NCBI RefSeq assembly: GCF_011045215.1
Contig: NZ_CP049201.1
Direction: 5' to 3' (one strand)
DNA from: Escherichia coli
GTDB taxonomy: Bacteria > Pseudomonadota > Gammaproteobacteria > Enterobacterales > Enterobacteriaceae
Length of the DNA: 64,000 bases
The position numbers and the translations under genes were made by a program. The notes below the pieces were generated by a model that saw only the letters and a list, made by a program, of their open reading frames with translations, was not told the DNA's origin and did no database searches. Of this stretch, positions 10,196 through 18,292 are shown piece by piece; positions within the stretch are counted from its first letter, which is position 1, and each line of letters begins with the position of its first letter.

Positions 10196-10711
10196 CGCCG
10201 GTGCCCTCCGCTTTCCAGATAAGACGATAATCCTGCACATGCTTTTTACCGGTTTCCGGTACTTTACCCAGCCAGACTTCCTGTAACGGCACACCTGCCG
10301 GAGCCGCAAACGGATCTTCGCCGACCGGAATGTCCTGTTCAAAAGAGAAAGCAAACAAACAAGATAATAAGTTGAATTTAAAGGAATAAAAAAGGCATCA
10401 TTTTTGCTTTTGGTACAAATTCTAGTCCGTATAAACGCGGAAAAATCCGCTAAATTAAGATAAAAAAGATGCTTAGATAGTTACTATGTTTAGCTTCATG
10501 GCTACGGGGAGTAAGTTTGCTCTTTGCTTAATCTCGGTTATGGAAATCCCCATATCGGCATCATGCCCACCAGCGTGACGCATTTTTTTTAATTTCGCGG
10601 GTATAAAAATTTGACGAGGCGGGCGGTCCCATAAGCAATGGGGTGTAGGGATTCCGATCCCCCTGGGGGGGGTATTAAACACCCACCCTATTTAAATACC
10701 GTCTTTTTTGT

Positions 10712-10757
10712 CACTGTGTGTCACTGGTTGTCACTCTCCGTCACGGTATGCCACCAT
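10712..10757. repeat. Clustered GTCAC(T) direct repeats
   Basis: tgtcactgtgtgtcactggttgtcactctccgtcacgg: four copies within 46 bp in a noncoding stretch between tail and island. Confidence 0.6.
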
Positions 10758-10760
10758 AAG

Positions 10761-11075
10761 TTAACGTCGTAACCGCTCCGGCTTCTTCCAGTGGTAAGTA
10801 ATTTTTTCTTTCTCCTGGTACATCTGCACGCGGCGACGGTATGACAACATCTCCAGAACTCTGGTGCGTATATTGCGCATATCCACGCCGTTAAGCTCAA
10901 TACCGTCACGGCGCATCACCTCAGCCACCACACGCGCGTAATTTTCGGCTATCACGCTGTCCGGCTGCGTGGCCTCCTGTTTGCCTGCTGGTGGTCTGAT
11001 TCCGGCAGCACGGCGAATCATTTTGAGCATTTCGGCTTCGGTCATTGTCATGGCCTCCGTGGTGATGGAAAACAA
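10761..11075 (-). CDS. Hypothetical protein
   Basis: 104 aa ORF (probable start MTMTEAEMLKMI...) just downstream of island terS; no family recognised. Confidence 0.4.
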   Translation of the reverse strand: MFSITTEAMTMTEAEMLKMIRRAAGIRPPAGKQEATQPDSVIAENYARVVAEVMRRDGIELNGVDMRNIRTRVLEMLSYRRRVQMYQEKEKITYHWKKPERLRR

Positions 11076-11084
11076 TGCCGTAAT

Positions 11085-11310
11085 TGTGGCGGGTCCTTCC
11101 TGGAAAATGAAACACCGGGGGTGGCCATACGCGCAATTCTTAACTGTTTATGAAAATTTTTCGGGAAAAGTCAGATCCGTTCTTCTTCTCTGTAACTCAT
11201 TGTTTAATGGTAAAATCATCAAAAAAAGAAAGGATCTGGCAGTGGTCATTCTGGGCCCAAAATGACGTTATCAGATCCTTTCTCAGTTTTGTTCAATAAT
11301 TGCGCGGTTG
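11085..11310 (+). other. cos-like site, inverted copy (cosQ-cosN-cosB-like)
   Basis: Plus strand GGGTCCTTCCTGG..GAAACACCGGGGGTGGCCATACGCGC..TTTATGAAAATTTTTCGGG..CCGTTCTTCTTC aligns with phage lambda cos as I recall it; opposite orientation to the other two cos sites. Confidence 0.55.
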
Positions 11311-11895
11311 TCACTCAGCTCTCTGTTGCCGTAACTTCTCCGGCACGTTTCCGGTTGTTTCCATCAGATAATCTTCCAGAATGCGGGGCAGGTTATCGGC
11401 AGTTTTAGCGCACGCATTACAGGCGCGTGCTGTTTCCCTCCTCAGGCCATCGATCATTGCCGGAGTCATCGCGGGAAACTGCCTTTGCATCGTAAGGGGC
11501 AAGCTATTCATGATGGTTGAAATCTGTTGCGCCAGTTTAGACAGTGCATACATACAAAAGCCGGTATCTATAACCTCTCCTGTCTCCCTGGCGTTCTTCA
11601 GTTCCTGCCCGTCAGCCTGTGCTTTAGTGAGACGGTATCGTTCGTACTCTGTTGTGCCTGGCTGTAAATCTGATTCACCAACGGCACGTAAATCATCAAG
11701 CTCACTGCGGAGTTTTTCTTTTTCGATCTCCTTCTCCCTCTGTACATACCATTCGATCACCTGTGAAGAGTCGAAAGTCACCTCCATACCTTTTCCGCCA
11801 CCAGATACATGGGGGAGCCCTTGCATCTGCCAACGTTCAATTGTGCGCGGATCAACACCGAAAATCTCTGCCAGTCTCTTTTTGTTAACATTCAT
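11311..11895 (-). CDS. Terminase small subunit (lambda Nu1-like)
   Basis: MNVNKKRLAEIFGVDPRTIERWQMQGLP...GGGKG...LQPGTTEYERYRL... closely resembles lambda Nu1 throughout. Confidence 0.85.
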   Translation of the reverse strand: MNVNKKRLAEIFGVDPRTIERWQMQGLPHVSGGGKGMEVTFDSSQVIEWYVQREKEIEKEKLRSELDDLRAVGESDLQPGTTEYERYRLTKAQADGQELKNARETGEVIDTGFCMYALSKLAQQISTIMNSLPLTMQRQFPAMTPAMIDGLRRETARACNACAKTADNLPRILEDYLMETTGNVPEKLRQQRAE

Positions 11896-12130
11896 TTATC
11901 AAATCCTCATCAAAAACCACCTCCGACATGAAACGCCTGAAAAACGGGATTTTCCGGCGTTATGGTGTCGTATGTTTATTATAGTTAATTTAAATAAAAA
12001 CATAATGTTACATGCAAGAAGTACCGACATGCTTTTTCCCTGAAAAATTTTCATAAATAGTGAAAATCTGCGCGTCTGCCGCCCCGCGGTGTTTCTGATT
12101 CTGGAAAGGACCCGTGAAAATTGGGGCGAT
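11896..12130 (-). other. cos site of island (cosQ-cosN-cosB)
   Basis: Minus strand ACGGGTCCTTTCC..GAAACACCGC GGGGCGGCAGAC GCGCAG..CTATTTATGAAAATTTTTCAGG about 190 nt upstream of terS start, matching lambda cos geometry. Confidence 0.6.
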
Positions 12131-12194
12131 CACCACCGTTCCGGATACAAAAAAAATCGCGAGACCTTGCCAGCCTCGCGAACGTTCATTTCAG

Positions 12195-12620
12195 TTACTT
12201 AACAGACAGCAACAGCTTTTCATCTTCGGTCAGTCCGGCGTTGCCATCACCGGCTGCTGGCCCAACACATTTCGGGCTGTGCTTTTCCATGTACGCTTCA
12301 AACAGAAAAGCCGTTTTCTTTTCCTGCATCATTGCCTGGGCATCCACGGCAGCCAGTAACGTTTGTGCATAGGTTACTGTCATTACTTCAGAACCACACT
12401 CAATCAGCTTACTGGTGAACTCAGGGTATTTTGATGCCAGCGGTAACGCCTTGATACCCTCTATGCGCTGTTTATCACTCTCAGCCTTTGCAGTAAGCAC
12501 CGTTCGGGCTTCTGTCAGTGATGCGCCATTATTTGCGAGATTTTCCGCAAGCGTCGGGTATTTCTGCGCCTCAGGCAGTGCCATGATCAATGCTCTGGTT
12601 GAATTTGCTTTCTCAGTCAT
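12195..12620 (-). CDS. Scaffolding protein (Nu3-like)
   Basis: 141 aa; ALPEAQKYPTLAENL.../ALPLASKYPEFTSKL... repeats resemble the C-terminal repeat region of the prophage C protein (24914-26395). Confidence 0.5.
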   Translation of the reverse strand: MTEKANSTRALIMALPEAQKYPTLAENLANNGASLTEARTVLTAKAESDKQRIEGIKALPLASKYPEFTSKLIECGSEVMTVTYAQTLLAAVDAQAMMQEKKTAFLFEAYMEKHSPKCVGPAAGDGNAGLTEDEKLLLSVK

Positions 12621-12634
12621 AAATCACCACAAAA

Positions 12635-12964
12635 TTATTGCCCTAAAGGCTGCACGGAAATACCGGAACCAACAAAAGACGACACTTTTTTCTCGAACGT
12701 GTCCGCTGTATCAGGCCAGTTAATTTCATCGATATTAAAAACCCCGCACTTATAAACCTGTGCGCGGTTTTTTGTGGCCGTGTTAATGTCCGATATGGTC
12801 AGATACACCGCCTTACCGGGTGTACCGTCCCACTCAACCATCAGGCCCGCGCCGTTCTGCATCAGCGGAGTTCTCGCTTTAATTTCTCCGGCACTGGCAA
12901 AACAGGCCAGCGTGCTGACCAGTTCCTGCGTGCCGGAAAGGAATTGCGTGTAAGGTGTTGGCAT
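12635..12964 (-). CDS. Head decoration protein (lambda gpD-like), divergent second copy
   Basis: 109 aa; TPLM...GLMVEWDG...VYKCGVF...WPD...GSGISV pattern matches gpD. Confidence 0.75.
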   Translation of the reverse strand: MPTPYTQFLSGTQELVSTLACFASAGEIKARTPLMQNGAGLMVEWDGTPGKAVYLTISDINTATKNRAQVYKCGVFNIDEINWPDTADTFEKKVSSFVGSGISVQPLGQ

Positions 12965-12974
12965 ACGATCCCCT

Positions 12975-14030
12975 TTATTTCACTTCGACGGTAACAAAGC
13001 GACCAATATCCACGGGTACTGGCTGCGGGGCGCTGTGCGTCTGCACGTATTCAATCGCCGGATCGCCCGGTACGATATAATTTTTCGGGTAGTACATCCC
13101 CTCAGAAAATCCCTCGCGTGCCGCGTCCTGATCCATGATGGCACCATAAGCAACAAGGCCTTTATTTTCGGTATTGCCGAAAACCATCATGTTTTGTTTC
13201 AGGAAATATTGCTGCTGCCCGTTTTCGTCGTCATAACGACCGGAATAAACCACGATCGCCACATCACCGAGATACCCCTTGAAGCTGACAACGCCGCCCA
13301 AATCTTTTAGCGCAAGTTCAAGTGACGAGTTTGAACCGCGACGCGTGTCCATTAGTTCGCGGAATCGACGGAACGAGCGCAAAATACGCCAGGCTTCGCC
13401 ACCCATGACGATAATATTTACCGTACCTTCGGAAAAATCAGCGTAAGCCTCAATGTCGCTTATCGGATCAAACGTTTCGGCATCCTGTTTTGACCATTCT
13501 TTCCCGCCAGCCTGCGTAATATGATTGGTTTCGGGTAATCCCCAGTCAATTTCATAACGCTCAATGCCTTCGCCCTCAATAACGTTACGGCCTGTTGTGA
13601 TGGCATTGACCGCCAGCCATTCAACACGCGCTTTGATGGCAGCAAGCTGTTTTTTCTGGCTGTCGTGAACCATTTTTACGCGGCGTAGTGCCGGGGAAGA
13701 CTGACCATTGCCGATCTGTTCTCCAGGCATGCGCATGATTGTTTTGGTGGGATCAATAACGTGTTTGGGCTTCATATAACCCGGCGTGAACGTGTTCGTT
13801 GTGAAACCTTTGTCACGCATAACCTGGCTGCCTGACATTGGAGAACAAAACGGACTCATGACCACGTTTTCAATATCCAGCGTATCAAGTGCAATATCTC
13901 TGGTGCTGAAAGTAGCGACGTTCGGAAAGAACAACGTAGTAAAGAGTGGATTAAATTTAAATTCCGGCACATCTTCGCGCCCGATATTTTTCAGTAGCGT
14001 TGGTGTGCTTACCAGTTGCGGCGCTGTCAT
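12975..14030 (-). CDS. Major capsid protein (lambda gpE-like), divergent second copy
   Basis: 351 aa; TPGYMKPKH, NITQAGGKEWSKQDAETFDP, DTRRGSNSSLELALKDLG motifs shared with lambda E and the prophage E at 23439-24467. Confidence 0.85.
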   Translation of the reverse strand: MTAPQLVSTPTLLKNIGREDVPEFKFNPLFTTLFFPNVATFSTRDIALDTLDIENVVMSPFCSPMSGSQVMRDKGFTTNTFTPGYMKPKHVIDPTKTIMRMPGEQIGNGQSSPALRRVKMVHDSQKKQLAAIKARVEWLAVNAITTGRNVIEGEGIERYEIDWGLPETNHITQAGGKEWSKQDAETFDPISDIEAYADFSEGTVNIIVMGGEAWRILRSFRRFRELMDTRRGSNSSLELALKDLGGVVSFKGYLGDVAIVVYSGRYDDENGQQQYFLKQNMMVFGNTENKGLVAYGAIMDQDAAREGFSEGMYYPKNYIVPGDPAIEYVQTHSAPQPVPVDIGRFVTVEVK

Positions 14031-14236
14031 TACTCACCCCCATGAGGCTGATTCATACCAAGCGCAGCGCGTAAATGGCTGCGTACCATCCAGCCGACTG
14101 ACGGCTTCACCAGGCACAACGGATCAAGGCCGATTTTTTTTCCTGCCTCTGCGTTCTCCTCAAAGCGCGCATTAAGTGCGGCGATAATATCGGGGCTGAT
14201 GTACACGGATACACCGCCCGGCTTCTGTGTTCCCAT
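14030..14236 (-). CDS. Hypothetical protein
   Basis: Small ORF immediately upstream of island capsid gene; no family recognised. Confidence 0.3.
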   Translation of the reverse strand: MGTQKPGGVSVYISPDIIAALNARFEENAEAGKKIGLDPLCLVKPSVGWMVRSHLRAALGMNQPHGGE

Positions 14237-14494
14237 AAATGAGATTCCTCTTTGACTAAAAAACAAACATAACGAAAAGTCATGTCATGATTTTAATTAT
14301 CGTTGCACTTTTTGCAATATAATTGACTATTGTTGCGAATAATGAAATCATTATGTCGTGGTTTTAATCCTTGTACCACAGAGTTGTTTAGCATTAATCA
14401 CGTTAGCGGCGTGAAATCCCCCGGAACCTCATCCCGGGGGATTTTTTTGCGCACAAAAAAGCCGGGAAAAATCCCGGCTTCTGTCACTCGTTGC

Positions 14495-14917
14495 TTAAAA
14501 CGGTATTTCATCCCCGTACGGATCATCATTTCCCGCCTGTTGTTTTGCTCTGCTCAGTGCATCAGTAGCCTGCCCCTGTTGGCCTTTTTTGCCGCCCGGT
14601 CGCGCCGTTCTGGCACTGATTACACTGTCTGCGATAACCTGCCAGCTCTGCCGCGTTTCGCCGTTCTGGCCTGTCCACTGGCTTACCTGCATGTTACCCG
14701 CCACGCTCACCAGTTCGCCTTTGCGGTGTTTTGCCAGTGCGTCGGCCTGTCTGCCAAACGCCAGGACGGATAACCACATCGTCGCCGTTCCGTCATCTGC
14801 CTGGCTGCACGGCAGGGGAACCGCCATACTCGCCATCGCCATTTGTGTTCCCTTGCTGGTGGTCTTTAACTGCGGGTCAGCCACCAGCCGCCCGTAAGCT
14901 GCTATCTGTGCTGTCAT
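14495..14917 (-). CDS. ssb: Single-stranded DNA-binding protein
   Basis: 140 aa with Gly/Gln-rich linker and acidic C-terminal tip ...DDPYGDEIPF typical of SSB. Confidence 0.7.
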   Translation of the reverse strand: MTAQIAAYGRLVADPQLKTTSKGTQMAMASMAVPLPCSQADDGTATMWLSVLAFGRQADALAKHRKGELVSVAGNMQVSQWTGQNGETRQSWQVIADSVISARTARPGGKKGQQGQATDALSRAKQQAGNDDPYGDEIPF

Positions 14918-15165
14918 GCTGTCTGCTCTCCGGTTTTAACGTTGATGGTTGTCACCTGTTCCGCTTCGGCAATCTCCCGCTCTGTCAGCGTGGCAAAGTT
15001 TGCCGCCGCTGTGGTCATGAATGCGCTTATCAGTTCGGGATGTGCTTTTGCGTATCCTTCTCCGGCATGGCGGTCTATTGTTCTGATTGCCACCTTTAAG
15101 GCGTGCTCTGTCATGTCTAACGCTTTATATTTTGGCGCTGTCTTATCTCTGGTTTTTTTGGTCAT
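14914..15165 (-). CDS. Hypothetical protein
   Basis: 83 aa ORF between replication gene/iterons and ssb. Confidence 0.4.
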   Translation of the reverse strand: MTKKTRDKTAPKYKALDMTEHALKVAIRTIDRHAGEGYAKAHPELISAFMTTAAANFATLTEREIAEAEQVTTINVKTGEQTA

Positions 15166-15188
15166 TTCTCACTATTCCCCACTTTTTC

Positions 15189-15367
15189 GCCTCACTTTTT
15201 AAGCTCCCAACATGATTTCCAACCTTGTTTTTTTGTGATTCTAATATGTTGTTTTTCAATGTGTTTTTTATTCCTCACTTTTGAGCCTATATACAGGTTG
15301 AAAAGTGAGGGGCGCGGTTGCTTTTTGTTCAGTTTCTGCTATCCCCTCACTTTTGTGCCTCACTTTT
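15189..15367. repeat. Iteron cluster (putative island replication origin)
   Basis: CCTCACTTTT at 15189, 15273, 15345, 15358 plus inverted copy AAAAGTGAGG at 15301, directly 3' of helicase-primase gene. Confidence 0.55.
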
Positions 15368-16782
15368 TACAGTGGGCGCACATCATCACCGTCAATAGTG
15401 ATAACGCCGTCTCTTTCCAGCTTGTACAGCCAGCGCCGAAAGTTTTTCATCTCATACCCCAGCTTTTTCATATCATCACGCAATAACGGGATAGTGCATT
15501 TATCGCCGCGCTGTGTGCGTGAACGGATACAGCCCCATAGCGCGGCGTGATTCTCCGTCTTGTTTCCGGCCTCCTCAATGCGCTCCAGTTCAACAGGTGG
15601 GCGCGGCTTATCCACTACCACCAGCGACGTGATTAACTCCTTGTCAGCGTCGATAAAAAGCTCCACCACGCGTAAATCGTATGCGGCCTCTTTCAGTTCC
15701 TCTGCGTCCTTCATTTTGGTGCAGGAGATAACCAGGGCTTCACTGTCTGCACCTTCCCGGCGAATACGGTATTCAGCGTCCAGAGATGCACGAAATGCAC
15801 TGGAACCACGCGCCCCCTTTGTTTCATCCTTGCCGGAATGGTGAACCACCAGTACCGTGGCCCCTGTGCGTCGTTTCAGTTCGTCACATCCACGGATAAA
15901 CGCCCCCATATCCCGCGCGTCATTTTCATCATTACCGCCAAAACACCGCGCCAGCGTATCCAGAATAATCATGCGTACCGGTTTACCCGTTTCCCTTTCA
16001 ACCTGGCGGGAAGCGATGACCATTTCATCAATATCAAACTGTGCTGCCGGAAAAATCGGGCGGTTTACCAGGTACAGATTTTTCACCCGTTCATCATTAA
16101 CGATTTCCCATGCTTTGATACGACGAGGGACACCAATGCCACCTTCACCGACGACATACATCACCGAACCATGCGCCACCCTGCGGCCTCCCCAGTGGCG
16201 ACCCGTGGCAACATGACACGCCCAGGAACACGCGAGGAATGATTTATAGGAACCGCTCGCGCCGTATGTGCTGCACAACGAATTAGCCGGAATCACGCCC
16301 TTAACGACATAATCAAGCTGTGTGTCGTACCCTGCAGATCCAATACTCATTGGTAGCGTGGTTTTTCGCTGGTCGTTTTTTTCTTCCTCCGGTATCTCTC
16401 CGGACCGTCTTTTCTGGCGCTCTCGTTCCAGATATTCGCGCCACCCCTCCCGCTTCTGGCTGTGCATTCCCTCAGGGTAATAATTCGCATCCCGTACACC
16501 TGCCGCTGCCAGCTTTTGCCCGATGGCATTAATATTTGACGGCTTGATGTGGCCTGCCTTGTACAGCCGGACACAATAGCGACCATCGTCGATAATTTTC
16601 AGGTCAGCCAGTTCGTCAAGATGGCTGTCTCCAAGCCATACAGGCGGAACATTGTCGCCAGCAAGTCGCCCGTCCTGCTCCTGCCATTGTTTCGCGTGCG
16701 CCCAGGCATCACTACCCGCAAAAATAATGACTTCGGTCATTTTGTCGTGCGGCTGTTTTTTTAAGTTCGGTGCCAGTTTCAT
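15367..16782 (-). CDS. Replication protein, RepA-like helicase/primase (AAA_25-type P-loop NTPase)
   Basis: 471 aa; Walker A GASGSYKS, Walker B RMIILDTLARCF, ...VLVVHHSGKDE...; N-terminal extra domain. Confidence 0.7.
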   Translation of the reverse strand: MKLAPNLKKQPHDKMTEVIIFAGSDAWAHAKQWQEQDGRLAGDNVPPVWLGDSHLDELADLKIIDDGRYCVRLYKAGHIKPSNINAIGQKLAAAGVRDANYYPEGMHSQKREGWREYLERERQKRRSGEIPEEEKNDQRKTTLPMSIGSAGYDTQLDYVVKGVIPANSLCSTYGASGSYKSFLACSWACHVATGRHWGGRRVAHGSVMYVVGEGGIGVPRRIKAWEIVNDERVKNLYLVNRPIFPAAQFDIDEMVIASRQVERETGKPVRMIILDTLARCFGGNDENDARDMGAFIRGCDELKRRTGATVLVVHHSGKDETKGARGSSAFRASLDAEYRIRREGADSEALVISCTKMKDAEELKEAAYDLRVVELFIDADKELITSLVVVDKPRPPVELERIEEAGNKTENHAALWGCIRSRTQRGDKCTIPLLRDDMKKLGYEMKNFRRWLYKLERDGVITIDGDDVRPL

Positions 16783-17078
16783 TTTTTACCCCTGAATGCG
16801 TTAATCATGTTTTTCATTTTCTGAATGTTCGCCCGTGCCTTTGCGTTGCTGGTGGGCTGTTTGCATGGCGTGGCCTGTATCAGTGAAAAATCACGCCGGA
16901 ACTGATAAACAGGCATCACGCAGTCATAGCCGTACCCATCACGGCGGTAAGTAACGCACCGTCCCGCCACGCTTTTAATCGTTACCGTGCCGCCGTAGTT
17001 ATCCCGGAAAATATCGCCGGGGCGGATTTCAGGCCGAGCGGGGCCGCTGGCAGTAAAGCCAGAAATTTTCTGTTTCAT
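16779..17078 (-). CDS. Hypothetical protein
   Basis: 99 aa ORF, start overlaps helicase-primase gene. Confidence 0.4.
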   Translation of the reverse strand: MKQKISGFTASGPARPEIRPGDIFRDNYGGTVTIKSVAGRCVTYRRDGYGYDCVMPVYQFRRDFSLIQATPCKQPTSNAKARANIQKMKNMINAFRGKK

Positions 17079-17094
17079 GGTTTTTATTCCTCTG

Positions 17095-17294
17095 CGCGGG
17101 TCTTGTTGTGTATTTCCATAACCGCGTTTAATTCATCAATAACCGGGGTTAACAGAGTGCTGAAAGCAGAAAATAAATCCCCCCCCCTGTTCGGCATGAA
17201 CTTCGGTTAATTTAATTAATACCGCTTTCATTTCCAGTGCCCGGTTTAATGCATTCTCAGAATGAATAAGAACATCGAAAGGGATTTTATCCAT
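17095..17294 (-). pseudogene. Small ORF interrupted at G9 homopolymer (frameshift or phase-variable)
   Basis: ATG at 17294 reads MDKIPFDVLIHSENALNRALEMKAVLIKLTEVHAEQGGG then poor frame; with G8 it continues ...DLFSAFSTLLTPVIDELNAVMEIHNKTRAEE to a stop 5 nt before next gene. Confidence 0.35.
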
Positions 17295-17753
17295 GGCTTA
17301 CATCCTCCGGGAATTTTCTTCTGTAACGCGCCTCTGCAACATATTCCGCATAGTCCGACGCAATATTGAGAATCTCCACACCCTCTGACCTGTAGCCACT
17401 GGTACTGATAAGAAAAAATGCGGCTTTCATCATGTCGGCAACGCATAACAACGCATCGCCTGTATGTTCCGGTGCGCCATCAAATTCCTGTTTCAGGGCA
17501 TTAAAACGATCATCACGCATAACCCCCCCCCATTTTCACAATCAGTAATCAGGATGGCTTTAGCCTCATTCAGTGCCATATCAGCACTAAATTGCATAAC
17601 AGCCAGTGAGTGAGGAACGAAATCCCCGGCATATTCTGTTTCGCTGGTGGCGTGCTTATGTGCCCTGTCCGCGATAACAGAAATATCAATCAGCGCGTGC
17701 ATCAGCGTTTTGATGGCTTCGGCGGCTGCGTCCTGACGGGTGTTATTGCACAT
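17287..17753 (-). pseudogene. Gene split by G9 homopolymer (86-aa + 77-aa ORFs; fuse with G10)
   Basis: ORF 17493-17753 ends ...CENGGGLCVMIVLMP; one extra G in the tract at 17523-17531 gives ...GGGVMRDDRFNALKQEF... continuous with ORF 17287-17520. Confidence 0.4.
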
Positions 17754-17949
17754 GGCGCACCTCCTGACGAATACGGGCGGCGAATACCATCACGCAGCCA
17801 TCAGGAGATTGCTGACGCGCTTCCTGTTCGTTGGTGGCCTCAATGGTAATCACGCGCGGTTGTGCCGTGCTCAGGGCGATAAAACGCCAGATGTATTTAT
17901 TCAGGTTGTGCGAGTCCCGCCCTTGCGGGTGTGTGGTATGATTTAACAT
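17743..17949 (-). CDS. Small protein, first gene of leftward island operon (Cro-like position)
   Basis: 68 codons (MLNHTTHPQGRD...RHVQ) with RBS GAGGT; divergent from RHH gene across operator region; not in ORF track as a separate ORF. Confidence 0.4.
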   Translation of the reverse strand: MLNHTTHPQGRDSHNLNKYIWRFIALSTAQPRVITIEATNEQEARQQSPDGCVMVFAARIRQEVRHVQ

Positions 17950-18088
17950 AGCTACCTCGATAATCTTGCTATCGTTGGTGGTTAGACGCCCTGCATGTGT
18001 ACCACCACTGCGGGGCGTTGCGTTTTTTGATGTGCACGTGTTAAGGTGTACACCTAACGAACCAAAACATAACGCCATAGGTGTACAC
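17950..18088. promoter_or_regulatory. Divergent promoter/operator region of island
   Basis: Perfect palindrome GGTGTACACC at 18045-18054 and GGTGTACAC at 18080-18088 just before the RHH start; CACGTG at 18033. Confidence 0.5.
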
Positions 18089-18283
18089 ATGTCAACAGTT
18101 ATTAAGCGCGATAAAAAACAAAAAGGCACAGGAAAGGCCCCACCATTCCATATGCGTATAGTCCCTGAATTGAAGGAGCAGTTTGATAACGAAGCCAGTA
18201 ACGATGGAGTAAGTCTTGCCAACTGGCTTAAAGAGTTAGGGCGCAAAGAACTGCTACGGCGCGGAATTGAACCAAAGGGATAA
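18089..18283 (+). CDS. Ribbon-helix-helix-like DNA-binding protein (putative island repressor or antitoxin)
   Basis: 64 aa from MSTVIKRDKKQKG...; basic N-terminus, start right after operator palindromes. Confidence 0.45.
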   Translation: MSTVIKRDKKQKGTGKAPPFHMRIVPELKEQFDNEASNDGVSLANWLKELGRKELLRRGIEPKG

Positions 18284-18292
18284 CTATCACTA

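Noticed and set aside
10473-10682. 69-aa minus-strand ORF in the island/tail intergenic stretch
   Set aside because: No RBS, contains homopolymer tracts and reads as low-complexity; region more likely regulatory or att-related.
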